NCBI GenBank assembly: GCA_030693295.1
Contig: JAUYAT010000034.1
Coordinates: 1 to 54,276 of the forward strand
DNA from: a bacterium
Lineage (GTDB): Bacteria; Patescibacteriota; Patescibacteriia; Patescibacteriales; VMTK01
Direction: 5' to 3'
Length of the DNA: 54,276 nt
Made by a program: the position numbers and the translations under genes. The notes under the pieces were generated by a model that saw nothing but the letters and a program-made list of their open reading frames with translations, was not told where the DNA came from and did no database searches. Positions 28,609 through 37,763 of this stretch are shown here, one piece after another (the stretch's first letter is position 1; every line of letters begins with the position of its first letter).

Positions 28609-29886
28609 TTAATGCGAATAATTCGCATTATAATTTTTCAATATTTCTACCGCTTTCTCCATCTGCGGATCCTTGCCCGCGTCATAATCCTCTTCCGTTA
28701 AATCTATTTCCACGTCAGGTTTTATGCCGGTTTCATTGATGCAGTTGCCGTTCGGCGTAAGCCATTTTGCCACGGTTATTTTTACCGAAGATCCATCTTG
28801 CAATTTTTCCAGAACCTGCACCGAGCCCTTGCCGAAAGTCTGCTTGCCGACCACAACCGCCTTGTTATAATCCTGCAAAGCGCCAGCCACGATTTCCGAA
28901 GCTGACGCGCTGCCCTGGTTGATTAATACAACCGTATTATAATCTTTTAATCTGGCTCTGCCTCTGGCAAGATATTCATCCTTTTTTTCTTCGCTGAATT
29001 TTTCCATAACCACCACGCCGTCCTCCACCCATTCGCTGGCCACTTCAATGGCAGTATCCAAATACCCGCCGGGATTGTTGCGCAAATCCAAAATAACGGC
29101 TTTCGGGTTCTTGGCGATTATCTCCTGAATCGCTTTATTGAATAAATCCAAAGTATCGTCGTTAAAATTAGTGATTTTTACAACAAAAATTTTATCGTCT
29201 CTTAATTCGGCTTTTACGCTTTTTACCACAATAAATGCTCTGGTAATTGATATATCCTCCGCCTTTTCCAAACCGTCGCGGGAAATAGTCAAAATAACTT
29301 CCGTTCCGCGCGGACCGCGAATTTTGTTTACGGCTTCATCAACCGTAATGCCGGCTGTTGATTCTCCGTCAATGGCGTAAACCTTATCCCCCGCCCTAAG
29401 CCCGGCTTTTTCAGCCGGCATATCGGCCAAAGGCGCGATAATGGTTAAAACATCGTTTCTTATGCCGATTTCCGCTCCAATTCCCTCAAAAGTTCCTGCC
29501 AAATCCTGCTCAAATTCTTGCGCCACCACCGGATTCATAAATACCGTATATGGATCTTCCAAAGAAGAAACCATTCCTCCAATCGCTCCATAAAACATTT
29601 CTTTCTCGTTTAATTTCTCGCGGTCAACATATCTTTCCTCCAGCATATCCCATACCTCCCAAAATAAATTAAAATCAACATCTCGGCTTAGCTTGCCTCG
29701 CGGGGCTTCGCCGTATTTGCCCAGCACCTTTCCTAAAAATATCATTTCCTTATCAGCTATTTGTTTTGCCGTCTCGCTTCTTCGGGTTATATGCATTCCC
29801 GCGCCAAAACTAACGGCCATTAGCGCGATAATCAAAGCAACAACGGCAATCTTTTTTAAAATCGCGTATTTTTTTTCTTTCAACAT
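28609..29886 (-). CDS. ctpA: S41 C-terminal processing protease
   Basis: GIGAEI PDZ, LDLRNNPGG, SASASEI and TFGKGSVQ motifs. Confidence 0.92.
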   Translation of the reverse strand: MLKEKKYAILKKIAVVALIIALMAVSFGAGMHITRRSETAKQIADKEMIFLGKVLGKYGEAPRGKLSRDVDFNLFWEVWDMLEERYVDREKLNEKEMFYGAIGGMVSSLEDPYTVFMNPVVAQEFEQDLAGTFEGIGAEIGIRNDVLTIIAPLADMPAEKAGLRAGDKVYAIDGESTAGITVDEAVNKIRGPRGTEVILTISRDGLEKAEDISITRAFIVVKSVKAELRDDKIFVVKITNFNDDTLDLFNKAIQEIIAKNPKAVILDLRNNPGGYLDTAIEVASEWVEDGVVVMEKFSEEKKDEYLARGRARLKDYNTVVLINQGSASASEIVAGALQDYNKAVVVGKQTFGKGSVQVLEKLQDGSSVKITVAKWLTPNGNCINETGIKPDVEIDLTEEDYDAGKDPQMEKAVEILKNYNANYSH

Positions 29887-30064
29887 GATATTAAATTAAA
29901 AAATATTTACTCTCATATTTTAACATATTGATTTTAACTTGACAAATGCAAATTAAAATTAATATTACATCATAAGAAAATAGATAAAGCAAATATAAAA
30001 TTTATAAAAAAACACTAAGTTTCCGATCGGAAATTTAGTGCCTAAATTATATTATAACAATTAT

Positions 30065-31063
30065 TTAATCCTTGAAGCCGGCGGCAATCACTGTAATTTT
30101 GATCGCTCCCTCGGGAACACTCTTATCATAAATCGCGCCAAAAATAATTTTTGCGTCTGGATCGGCGGAGGCGGTAATAATCTTTGCCGCTTCATTAATC
30201 TCCGAAAGAGTAAGGTCGACTCCGCCGGCAGCTGCAAAAAGGATGCCCTGCGCGCCATCAATAGAAATATCGAGCAATGGAGAGCTGATCGCTTTCTTGG
30301 CGGCCTCAACCGCGCGTGTGTCTCCTGTGGCCTGTCCGATCCCTATAATCGCCAGGCCTGCTTCGGCCATAATGGTTCGGATGTCGGCAAAATCAACATT
30401 AATGATTCCTGGTTTAAGAATAAGTTCGGAAATTCCTTGAATCGCGTTTTTTAATACATCGTCACACAAAGCAAAAGTATTTTTGAGGGTAGTATTTTTA
30501 TTGCTCAAGGCAAGGAGCCGGTTATTGGGAATCACAATAACGGTATCTACTGCATTAATAAGCCGTTCAAGCCCGTCTTCAGCTATTCTTGCGCGTTGCG
30601 CTCCCTCAAACGAAAAGGGTTTGGTGACCACCGCGATACTTAAAGACCCCTGGTTTTTTGCGGTTTCCGCAATAATTGGCGAGGCGCCGGTGCCGGTTCC
30701 CCCGCCTAATCCGCAGGTTATAAACACTAAATCCGCCCCTTTCAGGGCATCCTGGATTTCGCTTTTAGTTCCTTTGGCGGCTCGACAACCAATTTCGGGG
30801 TTCATCCCCGCGCCCAATCCCTTGGTAAAATTTTTGCCAATATGTATTTTTTTGTCCGCCTGGTTGCGGTGAAGATCCTGCATATCGCAATTTACCGCAA
30901 TAAAATCAACTCCGCTAACGCCGGAGTTAATCATGTGATCAATCGCATTGCCCCCTGAGCCGCCGACGCCCACCACTTTGATATTGGCCCCGAATCGCAT
31001 TTCGGGATTCAACGCCTCGCGAGCGCCGGAATTATTTACTTCAGCTTTTGTCGCAGGAGTCAT
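30065..31063 (-). CDS. ftsZ: FtsZ homologue lacking C-terminal linker and peptide
   Basis: VGVGGSGGNA, GLGAG, GGGTGTG and INVDFAD motifs; ends at VIAAGFKD. Confidence 0.9.
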   Translation of the reverse strand: MTPATKAEVNNSGAREALNPEMRFGANIKVVGVGGSGGNAIDHMINSGVSGVDFIAVNCDMQDLHRNQADKKIHIGKNFTKGLGAGMNPEIGCRAAKGTKSEIQDALKGADLVFITCGLGGGTGTGASPIIAETAKNQGSLSIAVVTKPFSFEGAQRARIAEDGLERLINAVDTVIVIPNNRLLALSNKNTTLKNTFALCDDVLKNAIQGISELILKPGIINVDFADIRTIMAEAGLAIIGIGQATGDTRAVEAAKKAISSPLLDISIDGAQGILFAAAGGVDLTLSEINEAAKIITASADPDAKIIFGAIYDKSVPEGAIKITVIAAGFKD

Positions 31064-31085
31064 AAAATTCCAAGTGAATTATCAC

Positions 31086-31403
31086 TTATTTTCTTTTGGC
31101 GCGTGATTTTGGCGACTCTAATTTTGCAATCCTTTTTTGCAATTTTACATTTTCCTTCTCAAGCTCGCTTTCTTTATATTTAGTGTTCAGGTAAGAGTCC
31201 GTCTCCCACCAATTGATGCCGATTTGTTGGGCTTTGTCAACGGAAGCAATAAGCAGTCGTATCTTAATCGTCAAAAGCTCAACATCAGCTAATTTAATCT
31301 GAATATCTCCCGCAATGACAATGCCCTTATCCAAAACGCGCTCTAAAATATCGGCTAAGTTTGTCGATTGAATGGAATGGACTATTTGTTGGTTATTGCT
31401 CAT
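31086..31403 (-). CDS. gvpJ: gas vesicle protein GvpJ
   Basis: LADILERVLDKGIVIAGDI...ELLTIKIRLLIASVDKA...GINWW. Confidence 0.9.
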   Translation of the reverse strand: MSNNQQIVHSIQSTNLADILERVLDKGIVIAGDIQIKLADVELLTIKIRLLIASVDKAQQIGINWWETDSYLNTKYKESELEKENVKLQKRIAKLESPKSRAKRK

Positions 31404-31414
31404 AATTTTTATTT

Positions 31415-31496
31415 ACCCCGTTAGAAAATTTATTTTTGATGAATCTTTAGAGAATAATTTTTCAGGAAGTAATGAATGTTGATTTTCTAACGGGGT
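31415..31496. repeat. 82-bp element with ACCCCGTTAGA/TCTAACGGGGT terminal inverted repeats
   Basis: Same termini at 17897-17978, 32059-32140 and 34470-34547. Confidence 0.75.
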
Positions 31497-32078
31497 TTAC
31501 ATTAAATTCCCTAATGGTCCGAGGTCTAAATTTAATTCTTCGTCCTCTAATCCAAATATGGCTTTCATCTCTTCAATTTTTTTATCTAAGGCCTTGAAAG
31601 TCAGGCCGAGTTTTTGAATTTCAACCTCAGAAAGATTGCCTTTTGTGATTCTACGTTTCGCTTCTCTATACATCAAGTCCTTTATCAGCTTCACGAGGGT
31701 TAAGACTAATTGGGCGATTCCTTTTTCGGCTTTTTCCGGATTAGCGGCTTCAATTATTCCGGGTATGTTCCTTTCCGCTCTCTCTATTTCTTGCTCCAAA
31801 CTTCTGATATACTCCTCGTCTTCTTTACTAACCGCTCCACCGAAAGAATCGTCTCCCCTTCGCAAAACTTCTGCTCGACTAATGGAAGTAATGAGAAGTT
31901 TAAGGCCGATAAATATAAGATCTACATCCGCAACTCTAATAACCACCTCACCGTCCAAAACCGCTCCTTTTTCTAAAACTTTATCTAAAGCATCTATTAA
32001 AGTAACCCTTTCCTCTATGGGCGGTCTTTCTGAAGTCGCAATATTTGCTAATGTTTTTACCCCGTTAGAAATTTTCAT
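31497..32078 (-). CDS. gvpK: GvpK with N-terminal GvpA-like domain
   Basis: LIDALDKVLEKG N-domain; KGIAQLVLTLVKL...LNLDLGPLG C-domain. Confidence 0.88.
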   Translation of the reverse strand: MKISNGVKTLANIATSERPPIEERVTLIDALDKVLEKGAVLDGEVVIRVADVDLIFIGLKLLITSISRAEVLRRGDDSFGGAVSKEDEEYIRSLEQEIERAERNIPGIIEAANPEKAEKGIAQLVLTLVKLIKDLMYREAKRRITKGNLSEVEIQKLGLTFKALDKKIEEMKAIFGLEDEELNLDLGPLGNLM

Positions 32079-32163
32079 AATTTTTCTCTTATTACACTCG
32101 CTATAAATCTTATCTGCCGAGTATTGATTTCTAATGGGGTGAATTTTGGGGGTGCTTCATAAA

Positions 32164-32997
32164 TTACACAAAGTTATAAGGAGGCCATGGGCCGCTTGAT
32201 TCAAAAATAAAACCTATTTTTTCATATTCGGCCCGCAACTTTTGCATCTCCTTTTGGAACTTATCAACCTTTTCTTTTTTTACAAGGAATGCCCCGTTAA
32301 AAATCATCGGATCGTTTCTTTGAGTTAATTCTTTTCCGAGAATTCTGTTTTCTTTTAATTCTTCAGCTAACCCCTTGAGCTTTTCAAGAAAAAGAGGGAT
32401 GTAATTATTATTTATAGAATTTTTCGCCTCTCTTTTAACCATTTCATTTATTTCCTCTTCTAAAAAATATTGTCTGCCGGCTGGCAAAGATTTAATTTCT
32501 TCAAGTTTGCTTTGGATCATTGGTGATTTCTTTTTAATTTCATTTTCAAGAAGTTGGGATTTCAAATAGATTTTCACCGATCGTTCCTCTTTTCCCTGCA
32601 AGCCGTCAAGAAGGCCTTTAAACTTTAAGTAATCTTTCTTTAAAGAACCTATTAAGCTCCCTTTATCCTTAAATATCGTCCCAAATTTCATGGGAATAAT
32701 CAGCCCATCAGAGTTATTCATCGCTGTCTCAATTGCCTTTTCATGCATCAGGGCTTTATCTTTTATCCATTCCAGATCCTCTCGCGCCCTTCTTTGAATT
32801 TCTTCTGACCCGAATTCCTTTAAAAAAACCTCGCTCACTACCGCCTCAATATCCTTATAAGGAATGGAGAAAACTTTTTCCCCGCCAATACTTTCACCAG
32901 TGTCTTTATTTGATAGTTTTTTTATTTTTACGGATGGGCTCGCCTCGCTGAAGCTTCGGCGAAGCGGGCAGATCCCATAAAGATAAAGTCCTTTCAT
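32164..32997 (-). CDS. gvpL: GvpL/GvpF family protein
   Basis: LYLYGI, IPMKFGTIF, IFNGAFLV and SGPWPPYNF motifs. Confidence 0.88.
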   Translation of the reverse strand: MKGLYLYGICPLRRSFSEASPSVKIKKLSNKDTGESIGGEKVFSIPYKDIEAVVSEVFLKEFGSEEIQRRAREDLEWIKDKALMHEKAIETAMNNSDGLIIPMKFGTIFKDKGSLIGSLKKDYLKFKGLLDGLQGKEERSVKIYLKSQLLENEIKKKSPMIQSKLEEIKSLPAGRQYFLEEEINEMVKREAKNSINNNYIPLFLEKLKGLAEELKENRILGKELTQRNDPMIFNGAFLVKKEKVDKFQKEMQKLRAEYEKIGFIFESSGPWPPYNFV

Positions 32998-33048
32998 AAT
33001 TTCAGAATAAATTCTTTTTATAATTTCAGATTTTAATGAAAAAAGCTC

Positions 33049-33384
33049 TTACACTTCTGGATTCAGAGCCGTATCAACTCTTTTACGAAGATCAGTTCGT
33101 TTATAACTAATAATCTTCCCGCTCTCGTCAACTCGCACCTCATAAGCGCCCAAAACATCCATCCCGTCAGGAATCGATGCCTTCTCAATTACTTCTATAG
33201 TCGCTATCAACTCATTGCCCTCTTTTTTAAAGCCAATCGCCGACGGAGATTTAAACCCGGTTAAGTCGGCGAGTTCTTTTTTTGCTTTTTCCAGTATGTC
33301 TTTTGTAGCCATATTTTTGATCTTTTCACCCCGTTGATCCGCCAGCTGGCGGATTATTTGGGATTGATTTAGCGTTTTTTTCAT
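33049..33384 (-). CDS. gvpO: gas vesicle protein GvpO (start may be 33312)
   Basis: IEVIEKASIPDGMDVLGAYEVRVD...SYKR. Confidence 0.85.
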   Translation of the reverse strand: MKKTLNQSQIIRQLADQRGEKIKNMATKDILEKAKKELADLTGFKSPSAIGFKKEGNELIATIEVIEKASIPDGMDVLGAYEVRVDESGKIISYKRTDLRKRVDTALNPEV

Positions 33385-33487
33385 ATTTTTAATTTTAACT
33401 CCCTTATTGGACTTTTTCGACCTTTTGATTCCTTTTGTTTTCAATTGAACCATAGATTTAGGATTATTTTTTATATTTTAATATCCA

Positions 33488-33706
33488 TCACGCGCGCCTC
33501 TCTTTTGCTTTCCGTATAGCCTCTAATCTCTTTAGTATCTCCTCCTCTCGTTTGATTAATTCTTCTTCGCTGATTTGATCTGTTTCAAAAAGGGTGCGGA
33601 CATTAAGAAGCTCGTCTTTCAGTTTTGATTCATCAGTAACTTCCCGCTCGGCTATTTCCTGCAGTTTCTCAGCTAGCCAGATTAAACCATCATCAATAAG
33701 AAACAT
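33488..33706 (-). CDS. gvpG: gas vesicle protein GvpG
   Basis: WLAEKLQEIAERE...ISEEELIKREEEILKRL. Confidence 0.85.
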   Translation of the reverse strand: MFLIDDGLIWLAEKLQEIAEREVTDESKLKDELLNVRTLFETDQISEEELIKREEEILKRLEAIRKAKERRA

Positions 33707-33709
33707 AAG

Positions 33710-34504
33710 TTAATTGAGGCTTATTTTTAAACCAACAAAGTTATACAAAGGAAAGGGGCCGGAACAGTTAAGCTTGGTGTTGGGAAAACTTTGAGCAAGT
33801 ATTCCTGCCCTTCGGCTAAATTCATCTTCTCCTCCTTTTTTTATTAAAAACGCGGCATTCAAAATCATATTTTCTCCAAAGAGTTGTTGCTCCTTAAGTT
33901 CTTCAGCTAAATCGCCGATGGCCTTGATTATATTTTGAGCTTCATCTTGCTTTCTTTTCTCTAATAATTTTCCAATAAATTCTCCCACGGCTATTTTCCG
34001 TTGATAGGTTAAGTGTGTTTTTTTTAACCGCTGAAGTTCTGGATTCTTGGCAATTTCTTGAAAAATAAATTGCATATTCGGCCAAAACGCTTTCAACCCC
34101 ACTTCTGTCTTGCCTTTAAATTTCTGGAGAAGTTCCTCAAATTCAGCCCTTCTTTCTTTAAGAATCTTCTTTATTTGATCTTCAGTATTAGCAATGTTGC
34201 TAAAGCTAAAAGGAAGAACATCATAATGCTTCATCACTTCCTCAATTGGTTTCTGGTGTGCAATAATGTGCTCTCGCCATAAAGGATAGTGATCGCATGA
34301 CGTATCGCTCACTATACAGGAAAGGTTTCCTTGATTAACCGCATAAGCGGCATTTCCTTCTAGGCCAACGAGATTTCCGCCCGAGGCGGATCCGCCTTTG
34401 GCGGAAAATCGATCTTTAGGAACTTTGCCTTTGATAATGCAGTGAAGATATTTTCCTGTTATGTTACTCACCCCGTTAGACATTTTTTGTTGTTTTTCTA
34501 ACAT
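33710..34504 (-). CDS. gvpF: GvpF/GvpL family protein
   Basis: YLHCII, AHQ, VLPFSF, ILNAAFLI and GPFPLYNFV motifs; directly before gvpG. Confidence 0.85.
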   Translation of the reverse strand: MLEKQQKMSNGVSNITGKYLHCIIKGKVPKDRFSAKGGSASGGNLVGLEGNAAYAVNQGNLSCIVSDTSCDHYPLWREHIIAHQKPIEEVMKHYDVLPFSFSNIANTEDQIKKILKERRAEFEELLQKFKGKTEVGLKAFWPNMQFIFQEIAKNPELQRLKKTHLTYQRKIAVGEFIGKLLEKRKQDEAQNIIKAIGDLAEELKEQQLFGENMILNAAFLIKKGGEDEFSRRAGILAQSFPNTKLNCSGPFPLYNFVGLKISLN

Positions 34505-34570
34505 AATAACTTCTCGAACTATATGTAATTAAGATGTCTAACGGGGCTCATAATACTTTTTTTCTTTCTT

Positions 34571-34912
34571 TTATTCATTTGTCTGTTCAGCAGCCCAAAT
34601 TTGCTTTAGGGCAACGACCAATCCGGCGGCTGAAACAAAAGCAATGAAACTGTTCAAGGCCGGAGTAATGACGGGCGTCAATTTACCAAACTCTAAGCCG
34701 GCCACTCCCACCACCAGCAAGGTAATTACCGCAACTAAAAAGGGGGTGCTTTCCTTTTCTTTGATGTTCAGGAATCCCACGATAAGACCAAAAACAAAAA
34801 GGAGAACGGCTAAATTCGGTACAGCCACAAATCCAGCCAATATCGCTAAGACAATCCCGCCAAGAAACGCCCAATGACCAATGCGTGTTAAGCCCATATT
34901 TTTTAATTCCAT
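34571..34912 (-). CDS. small 4-TM membrane protein
   Basis: Hydrophobic ORF, GLIVGFLNI..KE motif. Confidence 0.7.
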   Translation of the reverse strand: MELKNMGLTRIGHWAFLGGIVLAILAGFVAVPNLAVLLFVFGLIVGFLNIKEKESTPFLVAVITLLVVGVAGLEFGKLTPVITPALNSFIAFVSAAGLVVALKQIWAAEQTNE

Positions 34913-34954
34913 ATTTTTTAAATTCCTTTCAAAGTTTTTATTTATAGTCGACCT

Positions 34955-35893
34955 TTAATTGGAGAATAATTCTCCGGCTAAATTTTTTAAGTTTTTGATT
35001 CCTCTAATTTCTTCGGGGTGTAAAATAATTTCTGAAATGTTAAAATTTGCAAATTTTTTCTTGATTTCGTTGATGTATCTTTCCTGATTTTTCCTTCTTG
35101 ATTGGCAAAAATCGCATTTATTTTCGGGGAAGATATTGTTAATAATGATGTGGCTTGCCGGGATGCGCGTTTTTTCTAAATCCTTTACTAAATCTTCTGT
35201 TTCCAGAACTCCCATTGCTTCGGCGATGGTAACGACTATGAATTCTGTTTTGGCCGGATCCTGAAGAAGGCTCCTTACTTTTTTAACTGTTTTTTTCATC
35301 TCCAGAAGGAACTCATCGGCTTTTTCAATTTTTTTCTTCCCAGAGAATCGCTCTGTCATATAGTGATATTTCCAGCGCAAGCTGGCTAAAAATTTAATCC
35401 AGTTATCCAGAAGTTCGGGAAGAGCTAATAGCCGCAAAGTATGCCCCGTAGGCGCGGTATCAACTAAGTATAAGTCGTATTCTTTGCTATCCATAAAATC
35501 GGTTATTTTTTTCAGCCCCATAACCTCGTCTAATCCCGGGATATCAAGCTCAAACATTTCTCCCGCTTCTTGATCGGATAAATATGTGCCCTGATTTAAA
35601 ATATCTAAAATATCCTCGCCGTATTCTTTTTTAAATTCTTCAAGAACTTTCTTGGCATCAATTTCCATCGCCCACAGATTGGCAACGCCAGTAATTTTTA
35701 CGGGCTCATTGGACAATTTTTGTTCCAAACTATCTGCCAATGACGGCGCCGGATCAGTGGTAAAAATTAAGGTTTTGCGAGTCTTGGCAAAATGAACCGC
35801 TAACGCGCTCGCAATTGTTGTCTTGCCCACGCCGCCTTTTCCTCCGATTAAGATAAACTGCAAATTTTTATGCGTCAGATCGCTTAATGACAT
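34955..35893 (-). CDS. ArsA/Get3-family ATPase
   Basis: GGKGGVGKTT, TDPAPSL, DTAPTGHT and CxxC motifs. Confidence 0.9.
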   Translation of the reverse strand: MSLSDLTHKNLQFILIGGKGGVGKTTIASALAVHFAKTRKTLIFTTDPAPSLADSLEQKLSNEPVKITGVANLWAMEIDAKKVLEEFKKEYGEDILDILNQGTYLSDQEAGEMFELDIPGLDEVMGLKKITDFMDSKEYDLYLVDTAPTGHTLRLLALPELLDNWIKFLASLRWKYHYMTERFSGKKKIEKADEFLLEMKKTVKKVRSLLQDPAKTEFIVVTIAEAMGVLETEDLVKDLEKTRIPASHIIINNIFPENKCDFCQSRRKNQERYINEIKKKFANFNISEIILHPEEIRGIKNLKNLAGELFSN

Positions 35894-35911
35894 AAACGTT
35901 ATTATTCTTTA

Positions 35912-37021
35912 TTATTCTTTTTGCTGTTTCTTTGATTCATCCACTATGGCCGCGATTAAAGCGCCTTTAGTAACGCTGTGCAACGGTTGCGAGGCGAGCC
36001 GTATTTCTCCTAATTCAACAGGCATGGGGAATCTCTGCAGGGCTTCCTGAAACCGTTTGAGAAACCCTGTTGGCTTGGCAGTGCCTCCGGAAAGTATTAT
36101 TGTCAAAGGCCTTTCCAGATGTATAGCTGATTTCTCAAGCTCGGTTTTGAGATGTCCAACTACATAATCAAGCAAGATATCATAATAGATGGATAGCGCC
36201 TGTTCCATTCTTGAAAGATTTTCTCTTTTATCTAAATCCAAACAGGACTCTTTCCAACCGGTGACAATACTTACTGGCTCGCCCACGGCTCTGGCCGCCT
36301 GTTTATCTATCCAGTCTCCTCCGCGAGCAACACTGAAGGATAGAACAGGAATTGATAGGTTAGCCAAACAGACATTCACCATTCCGCCGCCGAAAGAAAA
36401 AGCCAGCCCGGTAAAGTTTTCTTCAGCCAGTTCAGAAAATACCACTGCCAAACCTTCATTGATCGGCTTCGGGGCGTAGCCAAGACTTGAGAGAAAACCG
36501 TCAATAATGCGCTGATGATAAAGAACGTCAAAATCAGCATCAATCGGCTGGGCCGGAACTGAATAATAAACTGTTTCACCCGCCTGATGATGAGAACCGA
36601 CAGCGCTGGCAATCAGCAGCTTAATAATGGGAAGAGCGTCTTTTTCTTTGGGACTAATTACCCCCTGCTCTAACGGCCGCCTGACATTGCGCTGAAACAA
36701 ATTTGCGAAGCGCAGCGCCTCATTACCAACAACATAAAATTGGTCTCCATTTCGGATATACTTCACCTCGTCTCTGGCAAATACTTCTTTAATGTAATCA
36801 CTGGCTGGCAGGTCAAAAAAGGCATCTCGTTCTATTCTAAACACGACCTCATTGCCGATTTTTTCAGCAGCATAGATAAAGGCGGTGCCAACATCTAATC
36901 CCTTTCCGATCTGCAATGTTTGTGCCGCTTGAATTTTCTTGGCTTGTTTGGGAACAAGTATTTTGGCGCGAGATTTCATTCTGGTTTGGTGTTTTGATTT
37001 TGCTTTTGATTTTTTATTCAT
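35912..37021 (-). CDS. actin-like ATPase
   Basis: GLDVGT (phosphate 1), INEGLA, SFGGGMVN (phosphate 2), LSGGT (adenosine). Confidence 0.75.
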   Translation of the reverse strand: MNKKSKAKSKHQTRMKSRAKILVPKQAKKIQAAQTLQIGKGLDVGTAFIYAAEKIGNEVVFRIERDAFFDLPASDYIKEVFARDEVKYIRNGDQFYVVGNEALRFANLFQRNVRRPLEQGVISPKEKDALPIIKLLIASAVGSHHQAGETVYYSVPAQPIDADFDVLYHQRIIDGFLSSLGYAPKPINEGLAVVFSELAEENFTGLAFSFGGGMVNVCLANLSIPVLSFSVARGGDWIDKQAARAVGEPVSIVTGWKESCLDLDKRENLSRMEQALSIYYDILLDYVVGHLKTELEKSAIHLERPLTIILSGGTAKPTGFLKRFQEALQRFPMPVELGEIRLASQPLHSVTKGALIAAIVDESKKQQKE

Positions 37022-37054
37022 ATTTTGTTATACGAATTATTTAATCTGTAATTT

Positions 37055-37438
37055 TCAACTTTTTGCGGTTGTCAGTCGTTTAAGGCTTTTTTGTATCGAG
37101 CGAGCGTCTGCCACTTCAGTGGTTGGGCCCTTGCCTAAATTATGCTCAGTGAAACGGGGCTCTCCGGCCATAAATTCTCTACCTGCCCCGTGGCATCCCG
37201 AAGGGATTGCTTCGGGGTTGATAAAATGAATTTTATGCTCCAATAACGACCTTCCACTGGCGGTTAAAATGAATACATTATTGGCGATCTTTTTAATTAA
37301 TTTCTGGTTTAGTAATTCCCTGGAAACCAAAGAGGCATAATCAGAACTCAAGCCCGTCTCTTTGCTAATTATCCGCATAGAGCAACGGCCTCCTAATTGA
37401 TAGATAATATTTAATATTTCCAATTCTCTTGAAGTCAT
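37055..37438 (-). CDS. winged-helix protein
   Basis: ELEILNIIYQLGG...ISKETGLSSDYA...LTASGR; paralogue of 42368-42670. Confidence 0.65.
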   Translation of the reverse strand: MTSRELEILNIIYQLGGRCSMRIISKETGLSSDYASLVSRELLNQKLIKKIANNVFILTASGRSLLEHKIHFINPEAIPSGCHGAGREFMAGEPRFTEHNLGKGPTTEVADARSIQKSLKRLTTAKS

Positions 37439-37758
37439 ACTGATTGAGATTTGAGCGCATCGCTCATTTCCTTATCTAATTCTTTTAATTTATCTTTCAC
37501 CTTGCTAAGCTCGTTTCTTCTATTTTCTAATTGCTTTTTCTTTTCAATGAGATTCAACCAAATCTTTTCCATCTTGACTATTTCTTCATCAACCGCCGCT
37601 GTTTCCCGCTCTATGGAAGCCAATTTTTGAACAAATTCTTCGGCAAATTTATTACTTGCCCCGTTAGAAAAATTTTCTCTAACTTTATTAACCTGCACCA
37701 CCTGATTTCTGGCGGCCTTGAGCGTTTCAATGGTTTTCGGATCAAATTGTGGATTCAT
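37435..37758 (-). CDS. coiled-coil hypothetical protein
   Basis: ORF overlapping its neighbour, heptad-rich. Confidence 0.6.
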   Translation of the reverse strand: MNPQFDPKTIETLKAARNQVVQVNKVRENFSNGASNKFAEEFVQKLASIERETAAVDEEIVKMEKIWLNLIEKKKQLENRRNELSKVKDKLKELDKEMSDALKSQSV

Positions 37759-37763
37759 ATTGA

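Noticed and set aside
30038-30454. 138-aa plus-strand ORF and similar antisense ORFs over iscS, pyrG, gvpK, CDC48 and galU
   Set aside because: Shadows of well-supported genes on the opposite strand with no recognisable motifs
34955-35893. Arsenic resistance operon
   Set aside because: No arsB/acr3/arsC/arsR; single-domain Get3-like protein in gvp context
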